Shown piece by piece: positions 25,851 to 40,855 of a stretch of DNA of 64,000 nt; position 1 is the stretch's first letter; each line of letters starts with the position of its first letter. The DNA is from Lama guanicoe. Taxonomy: Eukaryota. Location: assembly GCA_013239625.1 (NCBI GenBank), contig MU057356.1:33171707-33235706 (forward strand), in the 5' to 3' direction. Below the pieces are notes generated by a model. That model saw only the letters and a list, made by a program, of their open reading frames with translations, had not been told where the DNA came from and did not search any database. Position numbers and translations under genes: made by a program.

Positions 25851-28117
25851 ATTTATGGAATTAATTTGCACTAAGTAAAAGGAAAAACTGTGACTCTGCA
25901 TTCAAGTCATTAATTACACTTAGTTCCTAAGAGGCATATAAACTATAGGCCAAAGAAGGGACCAAGGATGATACTAGAAACAGTCCATAAATCATGCAAG
26001 GGACTGAGAAAAGGCTGACCCTGCCTCATAGGTATAAAGGTCACAGCAGTGGTATTCACATGTATGTACTCATGCTCAGATTCCTTGTATCCCACCTATT
26101 TCCTCTCTGTCTGCCTCCAGGAATATTGTGGGACTAGATAAGCCTTCTAAGCCCCACCTGGAGTGCTTGTCTATACACATGCTGTAGGCTGTCTCCAGGG
26201 CTACGTTTACACGGATGGGACAAAGGAAGAACACTGTGTGTGTGAGTGCCTACCTGGCTTCTTCTAAAACCAACCAACCTAACCCAATGTATCTCTAAAT
26301 ATTCCTAAGCAAATTCAGCAACCAAAAAGACTTGGTTCTAACTTACAATAAATGAGTATTGAAATGAAAGAATCACTGTTCTGACAAAATACAGTATTCC
26401 TCATTGCATTTCCCTTATAAGGAATGCCATATAAATGGAGATACCTTCTTGGCTGACTCTTCTATAGATTTGGTGTGATGAATTTAGAGTGCTAGGCAAT
26501 GACACAGCAAAGAAGCAAAGTATCTCAAAGACATTCAAAGCGCTAAAAAGCACTACAATATTCAGTAATTCATGAATACAGACCTGCACTTACTGCCTTC
26601 CTCAGCCAAAGTTTAAATTCCATCTTATGGGGGATTTTTTTTTTCTTTAAGAACCATTTCGAATTCTATAATTAAAGAGTAATATAAGTTCCTTTTTAGC
26701 TCTTCTTTTAAAAAAAGTGAGAAACTAGTATTGTTTAGTTTTATTAGTATGTAGGCATGTAATTTTCTTCCAATGATAACACACTTACGAAGAAACATGT
26801 ATCAAATTTCAGAATACTTTTTATTAAAAGGAAATCAAAGAAATTATCAATTGGTCATTTACTAAAAATGAGATTCTCCACGTTCAATAATAAAAGGTTA
26901 CGTAGAGTATGTTTTATGTAGCCCCTTTCAGTCACGAATTCTAGGCATTTTACCAACTTCCAAAAAAAAAAGTTCTGGAATCATACCACAACTACAACGT
27001 CTAATGCCATTGCGCTGCTGCTTCTATTAAGACATTTTATAGCTATCATAACTTGGTCATGGTACAAAGCCCTTAGTCTGTCATATATATGCTTATAAGA
27101 CAATGTAAATTCTATAACATAAGTTAGGAGATTTAAGAGAATTCTGCAAGTCTGTTAACAGTCCACACATCATTCCAACTCTAAAATATGTATTATAATT
27201 TCTTCAATACCTGCAACCTCATCCTTTTTGTAATTCAGTGATATAACTCTTGTGCAGGGAAATTCAAATAAAAGACAGTAGAAGATAGTACATAGTAAAC
27301 TTATTACATACATGTAGAAGACAACTATTAAACTGATAGTTTTTTTTGCATGCATAGATTAATAAATGTGGTATTTATTTCCCATAGATTTTATTTCTGC
27401 TATTCTATACTATTTAAATGTGATATTCAATACCATATTCACTGGCAGGATTCTCTGCTTTGAAGATTTTAACCTTGTTCTAGCTTCCTGAAAGCCATAT
27501 CTATGTCAGTTCTTTCAAACCTCAGCTGGGGAGCTCCTTGCCCTTGAACTCCCGACAGAGAACCCCACACAAGGAATTAGAAGGTATTACATAGACTGTT
27601 TTTAGCCCTGCCAAACCATGGAGCACTTTCAACATGGACCAAGCAATGTAGCACACGTTCAGAATACAGAAAAGTCAGTTGCGACCGCTATAAAGAGAGA
27701 AGAGTATTCTGGGGGAAACGATAAATCTCAATAAATGATAATTAAATGAATTTACTAATCAATTAAGTGTAATGTGGTTAAGTTCGGGAATACAGAAATG
27801 AGTAAGATTCATTATCAGCATAGGGGAGAAAATAAACTCCACACAGATGTGGTGGTCAGTTAGCGAGTTGTGGGACTGAATATTGTAGAACGCTTGATTA
27901 GGAGTATCAAAGAAAATAGAGGAAAAAATTAGCATACATGAGATAAAAACGCAGTACATGGTATATCTTAAAATCCTCAAAGAATTTGATCCTGCTGGAG
28001 CTCAGGATTTAAGGCAGGACTTTTAATTGTATGAAGGTTAGATCGAGATAAAGTCAGAACAGGTAGTGTTGAATTGTTTCAATGCAATTAAATCCGATGG
28101 GACAAGAGTAAGGGTGA

Positions 28118-28285
28118 GTACTGTCTGAGAACTCACTCCTTGCCAGGGACCGTGTTAGTTTTGTTACACACATACTATCTCTTTATCTTTGTGACCTCAT
28201 TTCATTTCATTGGACAGATGAAAAGATTAAAGCCCAGAAACATTAAACAACTTCTCCAAGGCCATATAATCCAAAGGTAGCAGAG
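28118..28285 (-). mobile_element. MIR
   Basis: tgccagggaccgtgttag..acagatgaaaagattaaagcccaga..ccaaggccat..gtagcagag. Confidence 0.6.
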
Positions 28286-28367
28286 TTTTTCCCTCCACTT
28301 CAGAGGATTTTGAAATATGGATTAGTTAGAGCCAAAGTAAACCAGGGATCAATACCTGATTTCAGAG

Positions 28368-28537
28368 CAGAGGTTATGAACCAGTAGCATCAGCATTGCT
28401 TAAAAACATTCTAAAAATGCAAATTCTCAGACCCATCCCTGACCTACTCAATCTAAGTAGAGGGGTGGAGCTCAACAAGCTGTTTGAACAAGTGCAGGTG
28501 ATTCTGATGCCCACTACAGTCTGAGAATACTCAACTG
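28368..28537. mobile_element. MER5A-like hAT MITE
   Basis: ccagtagcatcagcatt..aaatgcaaattctcagaccc..gacctactcaatc..ggggtgg..caggtgattctgatgc. Confidence 0.8.
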
Positions 28538-28684
28538 CAGGGAAAGTGAAGGCATTACAGGGAAACCCTGAAATTGTTTTCAGCCCAGTGTTCACCACTG
28601 CTGTCTTTTATACTAGGTACGCCTTAAGGGCATCACCTGTGGCACTGTCTTATGGAGGGCAGGGAAAAAAGGATTCCCACAGAA

Positions 28685-28840
28685 TGGGGCTTCCCAGATG
28701 AATGTGCAAATGAACCGCCTGAAGGTTTATTAACATGCAGATTTCAGTGGAGTAGACCCAGCAAGAGATCTCAGAATCTAACAAGGTCCTCAGTAACTAC
28801 GGTACTGCAATCCAGAGGACTACCCTGTCAACAGCAAGGC
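28685..28840. mobile_element. MER5B-like hAT MITE
   Basis: gaaccgcctgaaggtttattaacatgcagatt..taacaaggtcctcag..tccagaggactac. Confidence 0.5.
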
Positions 28841-29899
28841 CAGAGGACACGACAGATACTATGGTCTGGACACAGATTTCTAAGTTTTACAAATCAGCAG
28901 AATGCTTCAGTGAGCCACACCAGAAAATCCCAAAAAGCCCCACCCAGAGAATTGAAATGTTAGAAAAACACTTGCATAGGATTGCCCTTAAAACATCCCT
29001 GAAGAAATGTCTTTACTTTATGTATTTATTTTTTTTTTAGAGACTTCAAGGAAGAAATTTCCTGCAAACCCTAAGCCACACATTTCTGAATCTGCAAGCT
29101 TCCTTCTAACGCCAAGTCCTCTGGTTACAACTGAAGCACAATCTCTTGCTCCAGTCTCGATGGAGATGAACAACAGCTGACTCTAGGCTACTTAAAATAT
29201 GTCTCTTCAATCAAAGTTGACCTAAGTCACAATTAATTTAGACTTTGCACCTTGACAGGCAACGCTAATTATTTTGTTTGATTGCCTGGGAGAATGACAG
29301 ATGACTTACCACGATATCTGACCACAAGCAGCTCAGAACAACTTAGGTCTTTTGAAGGCCTAATCACTGCTTCCTCAAAAATCCGAAGCAACCAAAAATT
29401 AAACAAACCAAACATACAGCTTAGAGTTTTGAGATTTAAAAGGGGCTGTATGACAAACATTCAAACATGTCTCCTCTATGGCATCTACTGCTTTGTTAAC
29501 TTTCCAGCTCAAATCTAACGGCACCACTTACCACTTTGCTACAAAATGCAATAGCTTTCCACCAAAAAAAATGGGGGGAAACTGCAGTAAAATTGTTACC
29601 TGTTATTTGTGCATGCACAAATTCTAGAGGCTTTCATTGCAGTCCCCCTTGCCAGCATGCAAGTGGTTTCTGATAAAGGAAACAGGATAACATTTCCTCA
29701 GTGGATGTGGGTACTCACAAGTGTTTCTTTTTTAAGTTTTGCTTGTATTTAGTATCTTCTGGCTACTTGGACTATCTTTGTTTCAATAGATTTCAACAGA
29801 TGTTTAGCAAAATAGTGCAGCAGGGACTCTGGATAAAGCCAAGATAGATGAAAACACAGCCCCGCCCTTAAGAAAACCGAGGAGTGCGAGAAGCAGCAG

Positions 29900-30125
29900 A
29901 GGGCAGCGGTTGAGGGTAGCTTCCAGAGACATGCCTGGGCTCAAATGCCATCGTTTGCCACTTTAGCTTTCTGGGCAGGTTCCATCACCCTCTTTCTCGA
30001 TTTCCCCATCTATTTAAAAAGTATGGGGTAAGGCAAAGATAGTATCTTTTCATGGTGGAATGATGGCGATTAGTTAGTATTTAAGAAATATCTAGAAGGA
30101 AATCTGCTGCATTATAAATGTTTGA
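29900..30125 (+). mobile_element. MIR
   Basis: gcagcggttgag..gcctgggctcaaatgcc..ctgggcaggt..tttccccatct. Confidence 0.55.
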
Positions 30126-33100
30126 AAGATTTTTAAATGCAGAGAACACACAGCTTAGCGCATTAAAGTCAAATGCACCAAAGCCCCCAAAATACAGTCT
30201 TCTTTATTATGCTAAAACTAAAGGAATTTATCCTCTCCCTCATTCCAAATAGCATAATGCAAACTCACTTTCCATCAACCGTCTGGCCATATCCAGTTTT
30301 TCATCTGAATCTGAAATGCGAAGGCATCAAAGAGAAGGAAGGACAGGAATAAATATATGGTTTCTCTGCCCTCTGTCCCAAGTCATCCATCATCCCATCT
30401 CCTTATCCTTAACTAAGCCGGTAGCAAACTGGGATGCCCCCGTCTCTTATCCACAGGTCTCTTTTGGTCTAGAAAGTCTCTCCACTACTTGCTTCGTTTT
30501 ATGGTTACAGAAAAAGGACTTCAGCTGTTCAAGAAATCAAGAAGGCACATAACAGTATTTCAGGAAGTTTTCTTTCAAGGTGGTTTACATAAGCAGTGGG
30601 CATGGGACCCTTTCTCAATAAAGGAAAAGAAAGAACAACAACTTAGAACCCTTATCCCCTCCTGCCAACTCCCTACTCCTGTGAAAACTAGAGAATGTTC
30701 TTCTCCTTCCAGTCACTCCACACACCCTGAAACTTTCCTGAGCTCATCCACCCAAGGGCTCAACCCCAGAAGCGAGTGTGCCCGTGACCTACCAACTTCT
30801 GTTCTCCAGTCACTTCTCTAGGATCCTTTCCTTCCCTGAAGCCTGGGAAATTTTCTAGTTTTGGAGCAGAGCAACCTCCCCCTCTCCAAAGCCCCTAATA
30901 GTTCAGTTCAACTCTGACGTTCACTCCATTCCCCTGAGAGCTGGATATTTCAGAGCCGAAAGTCAGGAAGAGCTCTTTCTGTGTGATTTCCGTTCTGTTA
31001 CATCTGTCCCTGGAGGTGAGGCTCAGCTGACAACCTTGCTGTTTGCACAAGAGCAGGGAAAGAATGGAAATAGGAAGAGAGGAAACACCAGTGAGTTCAC
31101 TGCACTGAAATGTGATGGAGAAACTTATGTGCACAAATATTCATAACGCAAGGCAACAAGGGTAAAGGAATGATCAGCTTCGTAAAGGGAGGGGAGACCC
31201 CCATTCAGGGTAGGGAAGAGACCAGAAAGGGCTCTGGACAACAATGTAGCTTTCAGGCTGCAAGAGGGATTTGACAGACAGAAATCTGACAGACAGAACT
31301 TCCCAATCAAGTTTGAGTGATGACACAAAGCCAGGGAAATCCACTGTTTTTATGGAAGGCAAATAATTTTGTTTGAAAACTTGAAACACCATCTTTGTCT
31401 GTAAGAAGCTTCAATTTAGAATGAAACAGAGTAATCTTATGAATACCCCACACAGGGATAACCACAAATTGCTCCCAAGTCCTAGCTAACTGAAGACATT
31501 TTTATCCCATGGCTAAAAACAGCCTTTGTTGGGACTCCTGAATAAATCAGTCCATACAGGACTCAATTACTCTGCTAAAGCTTTTCTGTCAGTTTGGCAC
31601 ATGTGTCCATTAATTTTAAAAGCACCAGGCCCCAACTGATGTGTTGTAAGAATTAAAGAAGCTCTGCTGCTGTGTGAGACCATCATGTTCGGCTTCTGAC
31701 TTATGTTAAGGTCACAGAAAAAGAACTTAAAACTCTTACACCCACTACTCCTCTACTGCCAAGCACAACATCTTCCAGACACAACATAAGGGAACTGACT
31801 CATGCATAATCAATTTTTTTTTTCATTTTGACCACTGCATCTTCCTGACCCCAGCATGTCTACATGGCACTGCTTCATGACAGTGTAATTTATTTCTTCC
31901 CAAAATTACACTGAGGTATACTTTGTCAGTTTGTTTTGTTCATTTGTGTAGATGTTAAACTTTTTTTTTAAACACTTTTTATAGAGTCAGAATTCAATCT
32001 TGGTTGAAAGAAAACATGAGAGGATTCTTTGTGGAATGGAGTAAGTGAATAGACTATAAAAAAGATGAAATAGTTCAAGGTTAAGAAAAAATTCTGTGTT
32101 GAACTAAGAAATACTTTAAGTACTATGTTATGTTAGTCACAAACATTTCAGTACTATTGCCTGAGAAAATGGTAATTTTTAGAAACCAACCTTTTACCTC
32201 TGAAAAAAATGCAATTTCCTCACAATAGTGGTTTATTGGATTTTTTTCTTATTGTATCTAGCTCAAAACTGACACTTATCTGTCATCACTGGGCCTTTGG
32301 GATTTGCATTTTATTAACTTTATCACTTTATCATATTTGCAGATCTTAAGCCCGGCCCAATAGTAAATCTCTCTGTAGATTAATAAAGATGAAATACATA
32401 GATAAAATCTAGGAACCTGAAAATCAAGAAAACTCCTTTATTGGCCATCTTTTTCTTAATGCTGAAGGAATTATCTAAGCTGTTTTTGTGGGAGAAAGCA
32501 TCTGCTTCTAAAATATGAGTTTAATTTCTGAATTACCTCCATTTCGAATTCTTCAGTCTTAATCACCTAAATCTCGCTTTTTCCTTAGCAATATATTACA
32601 TTATTTCAAAGTTACACTAATGGTCAAGAAAATAATCACTGGACTATACGTTCAAGCACTTAAAGTATTTCTAAGAGCTAAACAGAAGTTTACATATACC
32701 CATTAGTAGAAACTGCCTCAACTTGAATCCATATTGGGTGGTTCTTTGGGGGTGGGGCCTGTAGTCGTGGAAAATGTTCTTTCTTCAGTGTATTAGTCAA
32801 GAATGTGGGGGTAAACAGAAAAACAGAATGCTAACTGCCTTGTAATCCAGAACAGTCAATCTCTGTTCATGGTGCAAAGTAAGTGTTTGTATGTGGGTGA
32901 CCAATTAACACCTTGTCAACCAAGAAGAGCAGTTACTGAACATACACCTGTATCCAGGACTGCACACTTCCCAAGTCTGGATGAGATGGGATCAAAAAGA
33001 GAATAAGGCTATCACTCTACATTTCTGTGACTTGAAAGCAAGGCCTTTCCTGTGGTTCCAGCAGAGACCCTGAGCACTTTGAAGATGGGCATTTAACATT

Positions 33101-35789
33101 TCAATATAAAAAAATGTAGTAATATAGCTACTTTCTTATACCCTGTAAGTTTACCTAGATTCTACCATCATTAAAACTACTACAAAACTGAAATATTTTT
33201 AGCCATGTGGGAAGAAGGCCACAATTATTTGACCATGTGTCTTCTACTCTCTGTCTCCTCTATCCTCTGTAAGATGTGTCATTCATTTGTGTTGTCCAAG
33301 GTCAGAGAAAACCACCACTTATCCATTGCTTCCTCCAAGAAACCCAGAAACTTCAGGAATGTCTATAACATTCTGACTTACCAAGAGCATACTAGAAAAC
33401 CAAAAAAATGGTGGGGGGGGGAGGGAAATACTCCAGTTTCCCTTAGTGGTCCACTATAAGGATGTTCTCCAAATATTGGTTTAACTCTTCTTAAAAATAC
33501 ATTAAGTTAAAGCATATTTAAGTATTACTATTACTGTTACTCTAAGTTTTAACATGTATCCCATTCTTCGAAAAACCTGTGGAAAATATTTTATACCCCT
33601 TCAGTCATATTTTGCTTTACAAACCTCAGAGAATGACAAATACCAATGAGTCATTTGTAATGATACAATTTCCTGAATTTCTACACTTCAGCCTTATCAA
33701 GTACAAGCATGCATGTCTCTGTGTCCAGCAACGCAAGAAGCACTTGAGCCTTTTCCCTCAAAGCATGTAAGGTCAAGTTGGTGCTCGATAACTTCAGAAT
33801 TAAGTGACGTAAAGTTAAGTTCAGTTTTTCTTAAGACTGAGGAGTCCCTGGTGATTTCTCGCTTGCTTTGTTTCATATAGAAATCATCCTGCCTTTTTAA
33901 TGACAGTAAATTCACGTGGCAATTGGGAAGGTTTGTTATCCTCATTTTTGACTCACCAAGTTCTTGTCAATAAAATGAGTATCACCTCATGTAGTGGGAA
34001 CAGTCCTGGGGAAGCCCTTTCTACTGAACCCTATTATGCCTGTCTCACTCAACTTCTTACCAGTTGTTACTGCCGATGTTTAGAACACTGTCAAGATTTT
34101 ACTATGCTCCCCTCTCCTGCAAGCAAGCTCTGTCCCTTCCGCCCGCACCTCCCCCTTCTCCCTTCCCCCAGCCCTTTGCTTCTTTTTCACTCTCCTTTCC
34201 TCTGGGAAACTTCTTTTATAAAGTGCTGCACTTTATTGCTCTTCTCTCTTTTCTTATCATCTGCCTTCTGTCACAGCCCAGCTGGGAACTGACTGAACGA
34301 AAAAAGCGAGAGCTGGAATTGTTTCAAGTCATTTTCTTCTGAGCCCCAGGACACCCCAGGAGCCCATTCATCTACTTCTCACCTCTTTGCAACCTTCTCT
34401 CGTCTCTTCCAAGCACTAGGCTAAAACTACAGAACAGCATGTGGCAGCCTGTCACCAAAGGAAACACGTGGTCCCAAACCCCATTATCATTATGACATTT
34501 GATGCCCTAGACAGTGAGACTAATGTATTGCCTCTGCCAACACTTGTCAAGTCAAGAAAATTATAAAATGTAATCAAGTTACCCATCTTTGTCTGCACGC
34601 TGTGCGGTGTCTTGTCTCCGACTGTAATTAAATGGGATGTACGTATTGAAATTAGGGGATCCACTAGCTATTAGTGAGCTTTGTGCTGGAGAAGTCTGCT
34701 GTGAAGGTCTGCTTAGGACTCCTAAGATGAACATTTGCCCTTTTCCATCTTTACTATAAGGAATAAATTGGTTAGAGTAAGGGGGAAAACGTGGGTAATA
34801 GCCAAGGATGCTAAGCATGGAGCAAGAAATGTGACATTAAGTACCAGAATAGCCACAATCTCCCATCCAGCTTCAGTTCCAGCAGAGAGAAGCTAGTGAC
34901 TCCCAACACCAAGAATCGGTACTTTTATGCCAACTAAAAGGTATCTTTTTTATTAATCAAATTGTTATTTATATAAAGACCCTTACATAGAGGTATGAGG
35001 GCATGCATATGTTCACAGGGTGGAAATAAGTGAAAGAAAGAACTATTGTAGCCATTAAACTTAATAAACCACAAGAATGAATATAAAACCACACTATAGT
35101 CTGTCTAGGTTATATACGAATTCTAAGCTGAGAAGCCTTGGACATTTCCCATAACTACACAGCAAAAACAAAGTGAGGATACCACTACTGGGAAAGAAAA
35201 CAGGTTAAGACGCATGTTACTGGATTTTATTTGTGTTCTTATCTTTTTTATTCCCTAGCTTTGAGGGAAATGCTTTCAAAACTCATTACAGGCTTGAGTG
35301 TGGCTCCTTTATATAAAGTAATAAACTGTTTTAACTGTAGGTATTACTTTATGGGAAATTTTTACTGGGCTTTTAAACTTCAACTGTCAGAACTGTCACT
35401 CTGCCTTTCTAATGAATTGAGCAAGGCTGCAAATACTTTCCAGTTGTTACAATTCAGATGGATTCACAGCACAATCAAAGCAGAGTCCGGTACACTGTCA
35501 GAAGGGGGAAAAAATGAGGTCATGAATGCTAAGTACTGAGGTATCCTCTCTGAATGTGTAGGCAAGGACTGTAAGGTTGTTTACTTTTCCAGTATTGTTA
35601 TTTTCTCCACAAATCAGAAAAACAAAATAATACATGTTAACACAGCTCCTTGCGTTGCTGAGCTGAAGCTTCACACTATTCCTAAGACCCCCCCCTAAAA
35701 CCTTCTAATGATTTTATATCTTCTCACTTCTTCAAAGTTTCTAGTCCATGGGTTGTTATTAATTTGCCTGAATGTTATGAAAGAGACTC

Positions 35790-36165
35790 CAGGATGTTCC
35801 CTAATGTCCGTGTGGTTTTGTGACTCCGTTTCGCTCATTCGGAAAAGGGCAGCCATGGTGATTGCAACTTCTGAATCACATTCTTATCAGAAATTGCCCT
35901 TCTTCATTCCCATTCCTATAGCCTTGAATGCACGCTGGGTGCTTGTGTGATAGCTCTGTCCACACAGACAAGGGAAACATCCTGAAAAATGGTGGGCCAA
36001 TCCAACACAAGAAGCCTGGTCCTTGAACACCCTCCTGGATCAGCCTCAACCACATGCCTTGGATGGTTTCTTGTCTGTTACATGAGAGAGAAGTAAGTTT
36101 CTGCTTCTTTGGGTCACTATGTTTGACTTTTTTTTTTTTTTTAAATAGCAACTCAGCTTATCCTT
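35790..36165 (+). mobile_element. MaLR LTR, MLT1I/J-like
   Basis: agaagcctggtccttga..gttacatgagagagaagtaa..gtcactat..tagcaact terminal motifs. Confidence 0.55.
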
Positions 36166-37589
36166 TATCTATTCCAATTGTTTTGTTTTTTTCCTTGTAA
36201 TTCTTGCTTTTTAATAAGAATTTAAAGATGTTCAGATAAGAATAGAATTTAAAGATAAGTATTTAAAGAAAAAGTCCCAGTGAGTAAATTTCAGAAGTAA
36301 CACACACGATAATGTTGATACAGTTAGAAAGTGTTTATATAATTTATTTATTTATATTTATGTAATTTATATATAGTGATTTTATTCATCCAATGTCCTA
36401 TAATGCTGAATTGTGAAAAATACAATTTCACTTGAGTAACTTTAATACTTCAAAATTAGCAAGAAAGTTTAAATACACATACTCAAAGATTTCTTAGCTA
36501 TATTAAATAAGAATCTGTATGGAAGGAACCTACATTGGTCATTCTGATGTATACAAAGGAAATTCTTAAAAATCCCATGCCTTGCCCCCCAAAAATGCTC
36601 CTGCTAATCTAAGCAGTACGGGGGCACTGAGAGGTTAGGTATAAATGGATTTATATTAACTCTTACACTCTTCTGAAAATCCTATGGCCAAAACCAGTTG
36701 CTTTTCGATTGCTGTTGAGTACTCCGTGACAAGAGACATTACTGGTAGCAATACCAGGGGAAAAACCTGTGCAGAAACTAAGAGTAGGAATTTACCCCCA
36801 GAACTTGCTTTCCAGGGCTTAGAGGAGACATACATAGACTAAGGTAATTGTCATTGAGTATTAAAAATCCTTTCATTGGTATCTGAAGACTAGTCTCCCT
36901 ACCATTGACCTGTGTCTTTCCAATGCAGTTTGAGCACTTAAAGCTCAAATATATGAAAAGCACCAGTGCTCCATGGCCAGCTAAAAAGGGTGGAAGACAA
37001 ACAGATATGAAGTTAACTATCTAACAATAGTCTTGCATATTTATAATCCAGTGTAAGTTTATCAAAAAGAAAAAAGAAGCTGTTTGATATTCTATCATTT
37101 TCAAGATGATAAAGACACCAGGTAAAATTCTGTCAAGTACATAATAAACTTAATATTATTTCTCTTATTCTGGAGAGCATAATTCTAGTCTGCCTAAGAA
37201 TAAGAACTCATCTACTTCTCCATAAAACATGAACATTTCAGACATAAAGTAATTTAAAGAACGCATTAAGGAGATTGAAGACTTCTACTCAACAGATGAT
37301 GGAGAACCCCAAACTGTGAATATTTATGCAAACTTCAAATACAAGGAAATTGCTGGTACATGAGATTATGTTTACACATAGAACATCCAAATTGGAATTC
37401 ACCCTGAGCAGAATTCTTCTTACAGAGTCAAATAAATCAACATGAAGTCAATGGGAAATAAAAATACGGAAAGAGGCAAGGAAAGGACAAATTGTCCCAG
37501 GTCAAATAATAAAGACTGAAAAATCTGATATAACCTGAAGGAAGACATTCAATTTTCCCAAACTGATGCATTAAAGACTCACAATGACC

Positions 37590-39130
37590 CATTTGTCAGA
37601 GTTCTTATCACAGCACCCAGCACAAAATGGATTCTCAACGAACATTAGCTTCCTTCCTTCTTCCCACTTTCTTCTTTGATTCCATACATTTTTTTCCTCT
37701 TAATTCCCAGTACTGCCTGCTTCCGTGTTCTACTTTTGGGAGCCCTTCTGGAAGCTCTCCATGTAATTAGTCATCACAGAATTATTTTATCTCCAGGTTC
37801 CTTGGTTGCCTCACATTGTCTTCCCATGAAACTAACCAAGAGCACATCTCCTGCTCCCACAGTTAATGCTTCTATGCATATGCTAAATTCCTTTTGTTTT
37901 CCTATTTCTAGAGACATCACTTTCACAATGGCTCCCTGCCTTCATGAATCTGCAATGTTCTCTTCTGTATCTTTCTTCCTATCTCCCTTTAGTTATAATT
38001 AAACATCTTCTTTCCAAGAATTCTAGTTTTGCCCTCTTCCCATTCTTATTCTTCCATTCAATGCTAGACTCATTGTTTATAAGTCCCCATTATACTGCTT
38101 CTAAGTATTTTCCAATTTTTTCCCTGAAATTTATTTTCTCCACTGATATTCATGCAACTACTACCTCAAATGCAACAATGAACTTTCTCAATCTATTTAA
38201 CCTTTCTGTGCCAGTTAGTAAAAAATATCCAACTTGAAATACCTTGATTTTCAAGACTGCACTCTTGTTTTTCTTAGGGCTTCAGTTTCCTTTCTTGTAA
38301 TATGGTTTAATTGAACTAATACACTTGACATGCTTAGATTAGTACATTCATATAGAAACTGCTCAATTTTTGTTTTAGTCCTTATGTCTAAAGCATCCTG
38401 TCTTCAGTGTCCAGACCCAAGATCTAGAATAGTGTCCCTCTGCCCTTCTCACCATTGAAATGGCTGCTTATTTACTCACAATGCTTCTCCATGCACTTCA
38501 TTCCCAAATGCATACCCCAACCTCACCTTTTATATCTGCATCCCCTATATACAACTGCCACCTGAGCCCTTCACTTGTATGTCTTGCCAGCTATGGAAAC
38601 CCATTCCAAAACCAGCTCCTTGGTCCTCAATCCTGCAGGTTTAACCATTTTTAATTTTGATTATCTACACCCCCGTATACAATACGTAACCTAAGTCTTG
38701 ATCCTTATTCAAAATACCTGAGTTATCCATTTCTCTCCATTCCTATAGTTCCTATAGTTCTTCCCAATTGTCCGTTTTCCCTCAAAATCCTTCAACATAT
38801 TACTGTCAAACCATTATCCCCAAAGCATTCTAGTCACTGTCAATCTCATTGAAAGTCATGATGCAGTCCATCATCTCTGCTTTATATTTCATGTTTTACT
38901 TTTCCTGGACTCCATACCTCTGAGACAGTGCTTCTTCTTATGCCATGACCTGTTCCCCTATCCCAGTCCCCAGGGTTGCCTTCTTCCTTCTCTCGCCCAT
39001 CCATTTCCATACTGTGCTATTCTTCTGACTTCTCATTCTTTCTCCCCCTGCCTTCAAAAAGATAGATTCCGCCCGTAATTCAAGATTCATTCTCATTTTT
39101 TCATAAAGTTTTCCCCAACTCCTACTGCAT
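37590..39130 (+). mobile_element. Cluster of degraded L2 fragments with a MIR remnant near 38270-38370
   Basis: Pyrimidine-rich decayed sequence with L2-like motifs; cttcagtttcctttcttgtaa..atgg MIR core. Confidence 0.45.
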
Positions 39131-40855
39131 TTTGTTCAAAATCTCCCAATTGGTCCAAAGTAAAAATTGGACAGTTCTGCACAGCTTTTATCTTTGCTGA
39201 TGTGCATTATATTCCATCTTCAGCAATTCATCATCTGTATCAAGCACTGATTTTTGATTTATGGTTTTGTTTTAAGACACAAAAACCTAAAACCAGAGGG
39301 TGGTGAAGATCAAATGATAGCAAGTCACGTGAGAAAGGGGACTTATTAGAAAGGAATAAAAGTTTGGCACTGTTTACAGTTGTATTTAGTTTTCAGTAAT
39401 TCAGTGAAATGTACATTTCTATGTGATTTCTTTTTTGTGTATTTTATTCTAATAAAAACTTGAAAATAAAAAGATTAAGAAAAATGACATGAAACATGGA
39501 CACGAAATTTTATCTAATTCCCAGTATTGCTTTGGCTCAGTCCTGGGGTTGAAACATGAGAAAGTAAGAATCCACTAAGGTCAACAGGAATGCTGGAAAG
39601 AGAACAAGAACCATACCAGTGTCTACCAGGAGCTGGACTGGAGAGCAGAGACACTGCCTCTGAGTGACAGTGACTGATTACCAGTGGCATCTACACTTAT
39701 TGTCGAGCGGTGTAATTCCTTCGGGCCCTCTCTCAACTTAAAGGAGGTGTTCCTTAAATCCATCCACTTTCTTTGCTCTGGCTCATTCTGTGCTTGCCAA
39801 AGCCATCTATTACTCACCAACGGGGTTTCCCACATATATTGATGTCAAAAGAGTGGTGTCCTGAGAAGACAACTGGTTCCAGTTATATATTGCACTAGGT
39901 GGATCTTACTGTATAAATAAGCCAGACTCTGGTTTACAAATCCATCTCTTCAGAGTCTGATTACTGTGAATCAGTTTATCAACATGCGAACTTAGGAGAG
40001 TTAGCTGTTCTCCTTAGGCCATTAGCCAAGGAGAAAACCCTAGAACAGAGAGAAGGACAGCACAGCAATATAGGAAGCACTGAATTATCTGCCTCCTTAC
40101 AAGCCCCCTTAGCAATACTAGAAGAGAAAGGAGAAATCTAGACCTCTGCACAGATGTTTATATCTAAATTTACTTTATTATAAAATTAATCAGGTGAAAT
40201 GGGCACCAGATAAGGAATAATCCTCATCTGACATACTATAAAATCTAGACATTCAACTTCTTAAAATCCCACTATTTTTGCCCAAGAACCATATTACCTC
40301 TTTACCTTCCTTCCTGGAAAGGGAGGGATGGTACTCTTCTCTGAGCTGTGACTCAAATGGCACTTGATTTCTAAATGTCCTCTCAACTCTTTAAAACCTT
40401 ACATGATATTCATGTCTGAAACTTTTTTTCTCTTAAATCAAATAAATCATAAAAAACTTAACCTTTGAACATTAGGAAATCCCCCGCCATTCACATCCTA
40501 CCCAGGTAATGCCTCTATCTTTCCATTCTCCTTATTGCCTATATTTTTCATGTAATATAAATGGGCAAGTATGTGGAAAAGCAAAAAGGTAAAAATGGTG
40601 TGTATTCAGGCCAGATAAAGCACAGCCTTCTTAGAGACTTGGGACCTTTCATGGCAGGCAATAGGGAGAAGCTCTTAAAGGTTTCAGAGTAGGAGCAATA
40701 CATGTTTAGGTTTGTGTCTTAAATGACTTCAGCAATTGTTGGAAGATGGATTTGAAGTAAACAAAATTGGAAGCAGAGATCCCTAAGAGAAGATTTCAGT
40801 AGCATAATAAGAGTTGAAATCCTAAGATAAAGATAAAGTGGGCGGGGTGGGGGGG

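Noticed and set aside
29310-29373. Minus-strand segment with strong donor TG|gtaagt
   Set aside because: The only nearby acceptor is GAG-type or lacks a polypyrimidine tract; peptide not recognised.
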